A program made the translations under genes and the position numbers. This document shows, one piece after another, positions 27,985 through 35,494 of a DNA stretch of 55,691 bases. Source of the stretch: an uncultured virus (IMG/VR IMGVR_UViG_3300046747_000409) (lineage: Duplodnaviria > Heunggongvirae > Uroviricota > Caudoviricetes). The stretch lies in IMG/VR virus record IMGVR_UViG_3300046747_000409; one strand, written 5' to 3'. Position 1 is the stretch's first letter. The number at the start of each line of letters is the position of its first letter. The notes under the pieces are model-generated. The model was given only the letters and a program-made list of their open reading frames with translations. It was not told the origin of the DNA and did not search any database.

Positions 27985-28716
27985 ATGAGCGACCAATCTG
28001 ACAAGGCATCCATCCTGCTCCGCATGACCGTCGATCGACGTGCTCGGATCCAGGAGATCGCTTCCGCCGCAGGCATGAGCGTCAACGCGTACATGCTGAA
28101 GGCCGTGGACATGGTCGCTCCGTTCGGACCTACCATGAGTGACACTCCCCCGACCATTCAACCCAACGACCTTGGTGATCTCGATCCGGCTAATTTCAAG
28201 ACGGTTGAAGACGCGATGCAGGGCGACGTACGCCTGGAGGAGATCAAAGATTTCAGGTTGTACGACACCCAGTTCCATCTGAATCCATACCAGTGGCCGA
28301 AGGGTATGATGGACAAGCTCTTGGCTGCCGAGCCCCCACCTGTGTACCTGTTCAAGCTGCCGAACATCGCGGGAGGTCGAGCATTTAGCAACATGGATGC
28401 ACCAGGGTGCTTGTTCTGGCCAAGGCGAATGCTGGTGCACCGAGTCGAATTGATTGCAGACCGTCCTTTGCCCAAGGAGATGCTGCGTCAATTATCGATG
28501 CGCTTCGTCGTCGGCGAGAAACCATGTGGGGAGTCATCCCTGACCACGCTGCCGGAAATCAGCGGAATCGCCAACTCTTGGGCGCTCACGGTGGCCAACG
28601 TGTGGCTCCCCTCTGTCCAGCATTTCTCCGTGGAGTTGCTGACAGGCGGGTTGTGGTTGGGCGAGATCGAGTGGCGCTGTACCTTGGTAGGATCGTTTTA
28701 CAGGGAAATCCTCTAG
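27985..28716 (+). CDS. ribbon-helix-helix domain fused to a full-length diverged copy of the putative major capsid protein
   Basis: SILLRMTVDRRARIQEIASAAGMSVNAYML (RHH); then DAMQGDVRLEEI..LYDTQ, FSNMDAPGCLFWPRR, RFVVGEK, VWLPSVQHF, GSFYREIL colinear with 34850..35428. Confidence 0.8.
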   Translation: MSDQSDKASILLRMTVDRRARIQEIASAAGMSVNAYMLKAVDMVAPFGPTMSDTPPTIQPNDLGDLDPANFKTVEDAMQGDVRLEEIKDFRLYDTQFHLNPYQWPKGMMDKLLAAEPPPVYLFKLPNIAGGRAFSNMDAPGCLFWPRRMLVHRVELIADRPLPKEMLRQLSMRFVVGEKPCGESSLTTLPEISGIANSWALTVANVWLPSVQHFSVELLTGGLWLGEIEWRCTLVGSFYREIL

Positions 28717-28719
28717 CTG

Positions 28720-29106
28720 ATGAAAACCATCATCGCCGGCACCCGGACGTTCAAAGACCCCACCTTGCTCTGGTGGGTGATGGATTCGCTTCCTTGGTAC
28801 GTGACCGAGGTGGTGAGTGGGTGCGCTCCGGGTGCTGATCATCTCGGTGAGGTTTGGGCGATGGCGCACAATGTCCCCATTATGCGCATGCCCGCCGAGT
28901 GGAAGCTACAGGGCATTGCAGCGGGTCCGCTCCGGAACCAACGCATGGCCCTGTGGGCTGACGCCGCCGTAATCTTCTGGGACGGCGAGAGCAGGGGGAC
29001 GAAGAGCATGATCGAGCTCGCCACCGCCCGGAAGCTCAAGCTGGTGACCCACATCTACACGAAGGCCTCCGCCGAGCATTTCCCGGCAAGACCTAGAACT
29101 ACCTAG
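28720..29106 (+). CDS. SLOG-superfamily (YspA/DUF2493-like) protein
   Basis: IIAGTRTF, VVSGCAPGADHLGE, AGPLRNQRM, FWDGESRGTKSMI. Confidence 0.85.
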   Translation: MKTIIAGTRTFKDPTLLWWVMDSLPWYVTEVVSGCAPGADHLGEVWAMAHNVPIMRMPAEWKLQGIAAGPLRNQRMALWADAAVIFWDGESRGTKSMIELATARKLKLVTHIYTKASAEHFPARPRTT

Positions 29107-29160
29107 GTAGCAGCTAAACAGCCCCTCGCTCAGCCTCTGGTGCTCATCTTGTGACCCGAC

Positions 29161-29176
29161 TCGGACGGGGTACGAT
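29161..29176 (+). promoter_or_regulatory. late promoter-like motif (copy 1)
   Basis: TCGGACGGGGTACGAT, 8 nt before ATG 29185. Confidence 0.6.
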
Positions 29177-29184
29177 GGGACCAC

Positions 29185-30549
29185 ATGCTCGCCCAAGGCA
29201 ACGTCCCTGTTTCGTATAGCACCCTCCCCGATGGGATGAAGGGTACCGACGCCACCGTTGCCTTGATGGCGAAGATGGCGATGGGTATCTACGGCGCTCG
29301 ATCGACCAAAATCCGCGCTCTGGCGATCAACATCCTGACCGCCGCCCGGGTGCCCGAGAAGAACTACACGGCCGAGATGGTCGCGATCCATAACTGGGTC
29401 CGCGACAACATCCGCTACACGCGCGACGTGGCCGGACAGGAGACTCTCCTGCATCCGGAGGAGCTCGCGTTCAACTCGAAAGCCGGCGACTGTGACGATA
29501 AGAGCATGCTGGAAGTGGCGCTCTTGGGGGCCGTGGGCATCACCACGCGCTTCATCACCATCGGCCTGACCCCCTACAATTACAGCCACGTCTACCTGGA
29601 AGCCAATCCAACCGGCAACCAGTGGATCCCGCTCGACCCGATCATGAAGGGCAAGCCAGCCGGCTGGGAAGCCCCCGCCAGCCGAGTGAAATTGCGCAAG
29701 GCCTACCCGATCAACGCCTCCGAGGAAGTTCACATGAACGGTCACAACTTGAATGGCGTGCGCGGCATGGCCGGACTCCGCGGCCTCGGCTACGTCGGCG
29801 ACCCTCGCGTGGTCTCGTTCCTGGAAGAGGAACCGGCCCCTGAGCGCAACAACGACCCCTACGTCGTGATGGACTCCTTCCTCGACCAGGACGCGCCGAT
29901 CGAACAGATCAGCCGCAACGCCCCGGCGTTCCCACAGCAGGACGTCAGTCGCATGCGCCCCGCCGTCGCTCACCAGCTGCGCCCGAAATTGGGCCGCATC
30001 GGGGCGGACGAGGCTGCACGTCGCTCGGCGATCGACGACCTGAATTACAACGACACCGAATCAGCCGCGTTCAACCCGATGGACGGCCTGAGCGGCCCCT
30101 ACGGCATTCTGCACCCGGATCAGCTGGCCGAAATGGGCGACGTGATGGCCCAGCAGCAGGTTCGTCCGAACATGCAGCGCCCGGTACTGGCGCAGACGCC
30201 TGAGGGCGTCGACATGCTGTTCACCCGGCCGAACATGATCGCCCGCTTCGACAAGAGCGACCATGTCGTCTTCCGCGGCATGTACGCCCTGAATGAGAAG
30301 CCACCTATCCGCCGCGTTGGCAATTTCGCCGGCCTGAGTGGTGTGTTCGGTGTTCGTCAGGCTCCTCGCCACCAGGGGATGATGCCCGCTCGCTCCCTGA
30401 GCGGACCCGGCATGGCCGAATTGGCCGACCTGGGTGACGATGTAGTCCCTGCTCCTGTTCAAGTTGCTGCCCCTGCCTCGAAGCTGCCGTTGCTCGCCCT
30501 GGCTCTTGCCGGTGTGGGCCTGTATCTCCTGAGCCAGAAGAAAAAGTAA
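29185..30549 (+). CDS. transglutaminase-like cysteine protease domain, long linker and C-terminal membrane anchor
   Basis: NWVRDNIRY..D, GDCDD (Cys), SHVY (His), WIPLDP (Asp); ends SKLPLLALALAGVGLYLLSQKKK. Confidence 0.8.
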   Translation: MLAQGNVPVSYSTLPDGMKGTDATVALMAKMAMGIYGARSTKIRALAINILTAARVPEKNYTAEMVAIHNWVRDNIRYTRDVAGQETLLHPEELAFNSKAGDCDDKSMLEVALLGAVGITTRFITIGLTPYNYSHVYLEANPTGNQWIPLDPIMKGKPAGWEAPASRVKLRKAYPINASEEVHMNGHNLNGVRGMAGLRGLGYVGDPRVVSFLEEEPAPERNNDPYVVMDSFLDQDAPIEQISRNAPAFPQQDVSRMRPAVAHQLRPKLGRIGADEAARRSAIDDLNYNDTESAAFNPMDGLSGPYGILHPDQLAEMGDVMAQQQVRPNMQRPVLAQTPEGVDMLFTRPNMIARFDKSDHVVFRGMYALNEKPPIRRVGNFAGLSGVFGVRQAPRHQGMMPARSLSGPGMAELADLGDDVVPAPVQVAAPASKLPLLALALAGVGLYLLSQKKK

Positions 30550-30577
30550 CAGATCCTTCCCACTGAGTGAGATCACC

Positions 30578-31168
30578 ATGGCCTTCGTCCTCGCCCCTCG
30601 CTACGCTAAGAGCTACAACTTCAACCCACGCGGTTCCGCGACGGCCACCGTCCGGATCGCCGGTCGTAATCCGTTCGAGGGCGGCGTGCCGGTGCGGATG
30701 AAGGCCCCGACCACGTTCCTGCCCCTGGGCGGGTTCCGGGACAACATGCCGTTCGGCAACCTCGCTGAAGGCGCTCCGACCGCCGCTTCGGGTTCCGCTG
30801 CTTCCTGGTGGGGCAAGCCGAACCAGCTCGCCGGCGGCATGGGCGGCCTGGGTGACGATGCTTCAGCTCCGTCCAGCCCGAGCTGGCTGGATCAGCTGGT
30901 GAGTGGTGTGACTGCCATCGCCGTACCCTCGGTGAACGCCCTGGTGGGCGCTCGCATCAACACGCTGTACGGCACGCCCGCCACCGCCGTACCGACCACG
31001 AACGCCGTGCCGCTTCCAACCTCCACGATCGCTCAGCTCCCGGTCGGCAGTCAGATGCCGGCGGCCTACATGCAGCAAGCGACCTCCAGCAAGCTGCCGA
31101 TCATCCTGGTCGGCGCCGGTGTGGTTGGTCTCCTGGCCGTCTACATGATGACCCGCAAGAAGCGCTAA
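30578..31168 (+). CDS. tail-anchored putative virion membrane protein
   Basis: LAGGMGGLGDD motif; ends SKLPIILVGAGVVGLLAVYMMTRKKR. Confidence 0.7.
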   Translation: MAFVLAPRYAKSYNFNPRGSATATVRIAGRNPFEGGVPVRMKAPTTFLPLGGFRDNMPFGNLAEGAPTAASGSAASWWGKPNQLAGGMGGLGDDASAPSSPSWLDQLVSGVTAIAVPSVNALVGARINTLYGTPATAVPTTNAVPLPTSTIAQLPVGSQMPAAYMQQATSSKLPIILVGAGVVGLLAVYMMTRKKR

Positions 31169-31198
31169 GACTCCCGACCGCTCCCTCACGAGAACACC

Positions 31199-31900
31199 AT
31201 GCGCATCATCCCCAGTCGTAACCATGTGATGGCCGCCGAGCGAATCCCGGCCGCATATCGTCCGTCGAATCAGGCGCGGCTGGAACCAGCTCGTGCCTCG
31301 AATCCGTCGCTGGCTGAGGCTGATGCGTTCATGCCCGAGAGCAGTGAGCTCCGCTATGGCAACAGCCGTGGCGACAATGGGCTGAGCCTGCGCTACGACA
31401 TGCACGCGCCGTGGGATGAGCGGAGCCACAAGCGCTGGGGCAAATCGGCCGAGCAGCGTCTTCCTTCCGCGCAGCCCGTCCCCCTCACCACCGAGATGAC
31501 CAACATCACCGGTGCCCCTCCCCAGCAACTGCCGTCCGCACAGGCGCAGCTGCTCACCACCCCCATCGTCCCCGCGGACGTATCAGGACTGGGATTCATG
31601 GCACAAGCACGTCGTCTCCCTTCAGGCATGCGCCACGTTTCTGGCACCCCGATGACGGGCATGCACACGCCGGTCATCCAGAGCCTGCGCCGTCCGACCG
31701 GGGTGCTTCTGCGCGGGCCTGTCGACAGTGTCATCCCGCACTCGACCATCCAGGCTGTCCCTCCGGCCACGATGGTGTTCCGCGTCATGCCTCGCGCCAT
31801 GTCGGGCCTCGGTGCGCTTGATACGCCGTCGCTGTGGCTCGCCGGCGGCGCTATCGTTGGGCTGTTCCTCCTCATGCGTAATCGCCAGCCCGCTCGCTAA
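31199..31900 (+). CDS. tail-anchored putative virion membrane protein
   Basis: VSGLG and MSGLG; C-terminal TM plus basic tail. Confidence 0.7.
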   Translation: MRIIPSRNHVMAAERIPAAYRPSNQARLEPARASNPSLAEADAFMPESSELRYGNSRGDNGLSLRYDMHAPWDERSHKRWGKSAEQRLPSAQPVPLTTEMTNITGAPPQQLPSAQAQLLTTPIVPADVSGLGFMAQARRLPSGMRHVSGTPMTGMHTPVIQSLRRPTGVLLRGPVDSVIPHSTIQAVPPATMVFRVMPRAMSGLGALDTPSLWLAGGAIVGLFLLMRNRQPAR

Positions 31901-31930
31901 TACCTCTTCGCTGAACTGTAGGAAACCACC

Positions 31931-32455
31931 ATGAGCCGCACCGACTTCACCCAAGAGATTGATGGCGCCTTCCAGAGCCGCAACCTCGGGCAGCGCCACT
32001 ACTCCGAGATCGCGCGCTCCGGCAACGGCAACATGCGCACCGATCTCGCCGAGGATCTGGCCGACTACCAAGAACTGGCAGGCCTCGGTGAATCGGTCGA
32101 GGAGCTGAGCCCGCAAGAGTCAGCCCTCATCGATCAGCAGGGCGCCACCGGCGTGGCCCAGATCCAGACGCTGGTGTGGCCGAAGACGGGCCAGATCCCT
32201 CCGTTCGCCACCAAGCCCGGCATGGTTTGGCTGCGCAAGCGCGTGGTCACCGGCGCACGCAAGCCGGGCGGCCTCCGCCTCGCCAAGTCGACCTGGGTCC
32301 AGGTCTCGAAGGCTCGCCTGCAGGAGCTGCGCAACAGCGGCGCCATGAACGGCATGGGCGCGTTCGACGTCAGCACGATGGGTCTTCCTGCCATCCTCGG
32401 CATCGGCGCCGTGGTCGGTTTGGTCCTGTTCAAGACCGTCGGCAAGAAGGGCTAA
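31931..32455 (+). CDS. tail-anchored putative virion membrane protein
   Basis: LAGLG and MNGMG; C-terminal TM plus KTVGKKG. Confidence 0.7.
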   Translation: MSRTDFTQEIDGAFQSRNLGQRHYSEIARSGNGNMRTDLAEDLADYQELAGLGESVEELSPQESALIDQQGATGVAQIQTLVWPKTGQIPPFATKPGMVWLRKRVVTGARKPGGLRLAKSTWVQVSKARLQELRNSGAMNGMGAFDVSTMGLPAILGIGAVVGLVLFKTVGKKG

Positions 32456-32461
32456 GCTCCC

Positions 32462-32872
32462 ATGCGTCGGCTTCCTGATGGCAGCGTGTGGGATCCAGCC
32501 ACCGGTACGGTCTACGACACCAACCCCAACCACGCGCAGATGGCGCGCGCGGCCGAGCTGCATCGTCGCCAGCGCAACCCCATCCCGAATCGCGGCCAGC
32601 ACATCGAAACGGTCGTGCAGGCGCGGTTGAACGATGGTAATCAGCAGGTGCTCCTGCAGCCCGGTCAACGTTCCCTCGCAGTCGATCCGTTCGGCACCGG
32701 CATGTCCGAGGAGTCGATGGATCGTGACCGCGCCATGCAGCAGAGCATGGGCATTCTGCCGAACATGAGCGACATGTCGAAGAAGCTGCTCCTCACGGGC
32801 CTGCTGGTGGCGGCTGCCGCCGCGGCGGTGTGGGTGAACACCAAGATGAGCGGGAAGTCGAGCTCGAAGTGA
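32462..32872 (+). CDS. tail-anchored putative virion membrane protein
   Basis: RRQRNP; C-terminal LLLTGLLVAAAAAAVWV plus basic tail. Confidence 0.65.
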   Translation: MRRLPDGSVWDPATGTVYDTNPNHAQMARAAELHRRQRNPIPNRGQHIETVVQARLNDGNQQVLLQPGQRSLAVDPFGTGMSEESMDRDRAMQQSMGILPNMSDMSKKLLLTGLLVAAAAAAVWVNTKMSGKSSSK

Positions 32873-33465
32873 GCCGACGCCGCACACGTCGTAACGCACC
32901 CTGGGGCTCCATGTCGTCGGAGACCGAACGGTCAGGCAATCCCTCCCGCTCAAACAAGCGGGGCAAGAGCGGTGTCTACCTCGGCAAGCTCGACGAGATC
33001 GTGCTCGAAGTCGGCGGGAAGACCTACCACTTGGAGTCGAAAGACCTACACGTCGCCTGGGTGCAGTCGTCCCAGGATCTCGCCCTGGCGTTCAAGAGCA
33101 AAGCCAAGCCGGGCACGGTCGACGCCAAGTCTGTCGCCATCCACCAGAAGTTCCACGCGTCACCGATGTCGAAGGCCGTGGCGTACGAATGGCCCACGCC
33201 TGTCGGCCGCCTGACGCAGAAGGGCCTGATCCGCTCGCTGACCTATGTCGTGCCTCCGAACGTGAAGAGCCCGACGAAGCATGGATTCAAGTGGGTGCAC
33301 GCGTTTGGTGATCACGGCGAAAGCGGCCACGGCCCCATGCGTAACGGCGAGAAGGTCTACCCGGATCGCTTGAAGCCCGCGCTGTGCGAGGACGAAAAGG
33401 GCAATTACTTCGTCTGCCGCCGCCCTGGCAACAAATACAAGGTCACGGATTGGATTTATTGGTGA
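32869..33465 (+). CDS. basic hypothetical protein (putative virion)
   Basis: GTG overlaps upstream stop; Arg-rich N-terminus. Confidence 0.65.
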   Translation: MSRRRTRRNAPWGSMSSETERSGNPSRSNKRGKSGVYLGKLDEIVLEVGGKTYHLESKDLHVAWVQSSQDLALAFKSKAKPGTVDAKSVAIHQKFHASPMSKAVAYEWPTPVGRLTQKGLIRSLTYVVPPNVKSPTKHGFKWVHAFGDHGESGHGPMRNGEKVYPDRLKPALCEDEKGNYFVCRRPGNKYKVTDWIYW

Positions 33466-33472
33466 TCGCGCG

Positions 33473-33505
33473 CCTCGTGTAGAGGAGCATGTGCTCTACA
33501 CGAGG
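33473..33505. terminator. perfect 12-bp hairpin after the operon end
   Basis: CCTCGTGTAGAG-N9-CTCTACACGAGG followed by TCGTTTGTGTT. Confidence 0.5.
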
Positions 33506-33574
33506 TCGTTTGTGTTGAGTGAATAGCAAAAACACCTCAAACAACGCCCGCGCTCTCGCCTCGCGAATAGGTAC

Positions 33575-33602
33575 TTGACGTGAGGGTCGGACAGGTTTCC
33601 AT
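33575..33602 (+). promoter_or_regulatory. late promoter-like motif (copy 2) with a -35 box
   Basis: TTGACG (33575) then TCGGACAGGTTTCCAT (33587-33602). Confidence 0.5.
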
Positions 33603-33704
33603 CTTGGTATCAGGCTCTCAGAAGAGTTTGAGCAGCACGAGCGAGTGGTCCCTCAAGGATGCCCGCAAGGCTTACTGACCATCTACCAGCCCCGTTGGCC
33701 AGTC

Positions 33705-34709
33705 ATGCTGCTTACCCTGAGCAATCCCCTGCACTTGGCCGTCGTCGGCAATCCACACCGTCCCTCCCGCTCCCCGAGCAAAGGCAAAGCCATGGCCCGC
33801 CATCGCCGCAAAGCACGTCGTCTCTCCCACAAGGCTCGCAAGTCTGCCAAGCGCAGCTCGCACCGTTTCGTCAAGCGCGGCCTCAAGGTCCACGTGAAGC
33901 GTTACGCTGGCTTCCGCAAGAAAGTGCGCGGCATCCGCGGCACCGGCCGTAAGGGCACCGTGACCATCCGCTCGAAGCGCGGCAAGTTCCTGGGCACGAA
34001 CCCACGTCGTCATCGCCGGAACCCAGCCATCGTGGCGACGGTGAAAGACCTGTTGGTCACCCCGGTCACCAGCTTGCCGAAGAGCCTCCCGGCCATCTTC
34101 AAGGGCTCGATGGTCAAGAACGTCGGCTTCGCTGCCGGTGGTGCGATCGTCGCACTGGTTGCTGGTAATCAGCTCCAGAAGTTGGCGATGCCGCTGCTCG
34201 CCCGTATCCCAGGCGTGTCGGCTGCAATGGGCGGCTCGATCGTCCAGCGCGTCGTCGGTGCCAGCTTCGCCCTGCTCTCGGGCTCGGTTGTCGCCAAGTT
34301 CGGCCTGAAGGACGCTGCCTCACGCAACGCCTTCGTGACCGGTGCCGCCGCTGCCGCCTTGATCGAAGCGATCTTCCCAGGTCGTATCGCTCAGACGCTG
34401 GCGAACGTTCCCGTGATCGGTGGCTTCCTGGCCCCAGCCGCTTCGCCAGTGAATGGCCTCCGTGGCCTGTTCGGTACCGATGACCTCGCCGCCTACGTGG
34501 ACGCTCCGTCCTACCAGGGCACCGGCGCCTACGTGGACGCTCCGTCCTACCAGGGCACCGGCGCGTACGTCGAAGCTCCGAGCTATCAGGGCACCGCCGG
34601 TCTGGCTGGCCCGAATGATGCCGTCGCCGGGATGGGCTACGCTGGCGACCAGCTGGCTGGCAACCTCGAAGGCATGGGCTCCAACATGTCGAGCCATCTC
34701 GACAGCTAA
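33705..34709 (+). CDS. Arg/Lys-rich core-like protein with hydrophobic middle and repeat-containing acidic tail (alternative start 33792)
   Basis: MARHRRKARR... basic region with NP motifs; Ala/Gly hydrophobic helices; 3x AYV(D/E)APSYQGT; LRGL, VAGMG, LEGMG; lies directly upstream of the capsid-like gene. Confidence 0.7.
   Translation: MLLTLSNPLHLAVVGNPHRPSRSPSKGKAMARHRRKARRLSHKARKSAKRSSHRFVKRGLKVHVKRYAGFRKKVRGIRGTGRKGTVTIRSKRGKFLGTNPRRHRRNPAIVATVKDLLVTPVTSLPKSLPAIFKGSMVKNVGFAAGGAIVALVAGNQLQKLAMPLLARIPGVSAAMGGSIVQRVVGASFALLSGSVVAKFGLKDAASRNAFVTGAAAAALIEAIFPGRIAQTLANVPVIGGFLAPAASPVNGLRGLFGTDDLAAYVDAPSYQGTGAYVDAPSYQGTGAYVEAPSYQGTAGLAGPNDAVAGMGYAGDQLAGNLEGMGSNMSSHLDS
34491..34598 (+). repeat. 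in-frame 36-bp tandem repeat x3
   Basis: GCCTACGTGGACGCTCCGTCCTACCAGGGCACCGGC twice exact, third copy diverged mainly at synonymous positions. Confidence 0.95.
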
Positions 34710-34734
34710 GCCTGCGACCAAGTGACCTTCTGCG

Positions 34735-34760
34735 GCCCACCTCGGTACTCCGGGGTGGGC
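34735..34760 (+). terminator. GC-rich hairpin between the core-like gene and the capsid-like gene
   Basis: GCCCACCTCGG-TACT-CCGGGGTGGGC; weak U tail. Confidence 0.4.
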
Positions 34761-34849
34761 TTCAGCAGCAAGAGACAACCCCTGTTTCGCCTGCGCCGTC
34801 TCAGCGCACACACCGGCGAATCACAACTGGCTTAATTGCCGGAGTTACC

Positions 34850-35428
34850 ATGCCTGTTTATCGTCAAGCATCCGATGCTGCCCAGGGCGACGTCAAGCTC
34901 GAAGCCATCACGCAGCCCATCTACGACTCGCAGACCATCGCCACCGGCGGGTCGACGACCTCGTTCTTCCAGAACCCAGGCGGCCGTAGCCGCCTCTTCA
35001 CGAACGTCGAGACCGCTGGCTCGCTGACGTGGCCCAAGCGCTACTCGGTGAAGGCGTTCCGTATCGTTCCTTCCCCGTCCACGCTGGCTCAGAACCTCGT
35101 GAACTTCTACGCCAACGGTTACTTCGTGTTCCGCGTCGGTGAGAAGGACTACTTCACCGCTCCGCTGCACCTCGTCACCCCTGGTTGCGGCTTGCTGGTG
35201 TGGAACATCATCGGCCTCGCGGCTCCGCTGGCTCCCGCCACCGGTACCAACACCGCCACCAATGGTGAGTCGAACCACCGCAACATCTACATCCTGCAGC
35301 ACGCCGTCTGGCTGCCGTCGGTGCAGAACTTCCGCGGCATCATCGACATGGCCGCGACCTTCGCCACCAGCGCGTCGATCGACGTGTGGGTGTACCTCGA
35401 AGGCGAATTGTTCCGCGAGATCCAATAA
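34850..35428 (+). CDS. putative major capsid protein (single jelly-roll-like)
   Basis: GGAG RBS, biased codon use, strong terminator after; beta-rich 192 aa with QPIYD, FFQ, TNVETAG.L, FRVGEK, QNF, LEGELFR pattern; sits in the structural module. Confidence 0.6.
   Translation: MPVYRQASDAAQGDVKLEAITQPIYDSQTIATGGSTTSFFQNPGGRSRLFTNVETAGSLTWPKRYSVKAFRIVPSPSTLAQNLVNFYANGYFVFRVGEKDYFTAPLHLVTPGCGLLVWNIIGLAAPLAPATGTNTATNGESNHRNIYILQHAVWLPSVQNFRGIIDMAATFATSASIDVWVYLEGELFREIQ
35399..35428 (+). repeat. left copy of a 30-bp direct repeat (3' end of capsid gene)
   Basis: GAAGGCGAATTGTTCCGCGAGATCCAATAA = EGELFREIQ*. Confidence 0.85.
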
Positions 35429-35463
35429 TCTCCTTCAAGGAGGTTGTTGTCGTTGGACGCGTC

Positions 35464-35494
35464 GAACCCCGGGCCATCCCGGGGTTCTTCGTTT
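35464..35494 (+). terminator. intrinsic terminator of the capsid-like gene
   Basis: GAACCCCGGG-CCAT-CCCGGGGTTC then TTCGTTT. Confidence 0.75.

Noticed and set aside
34491..34598. 36-bp repeats as a CRISPR array
   Set aside because: Copies are directly adjacent with no spacers, are in frame inside a CDS, and no cas genes are present
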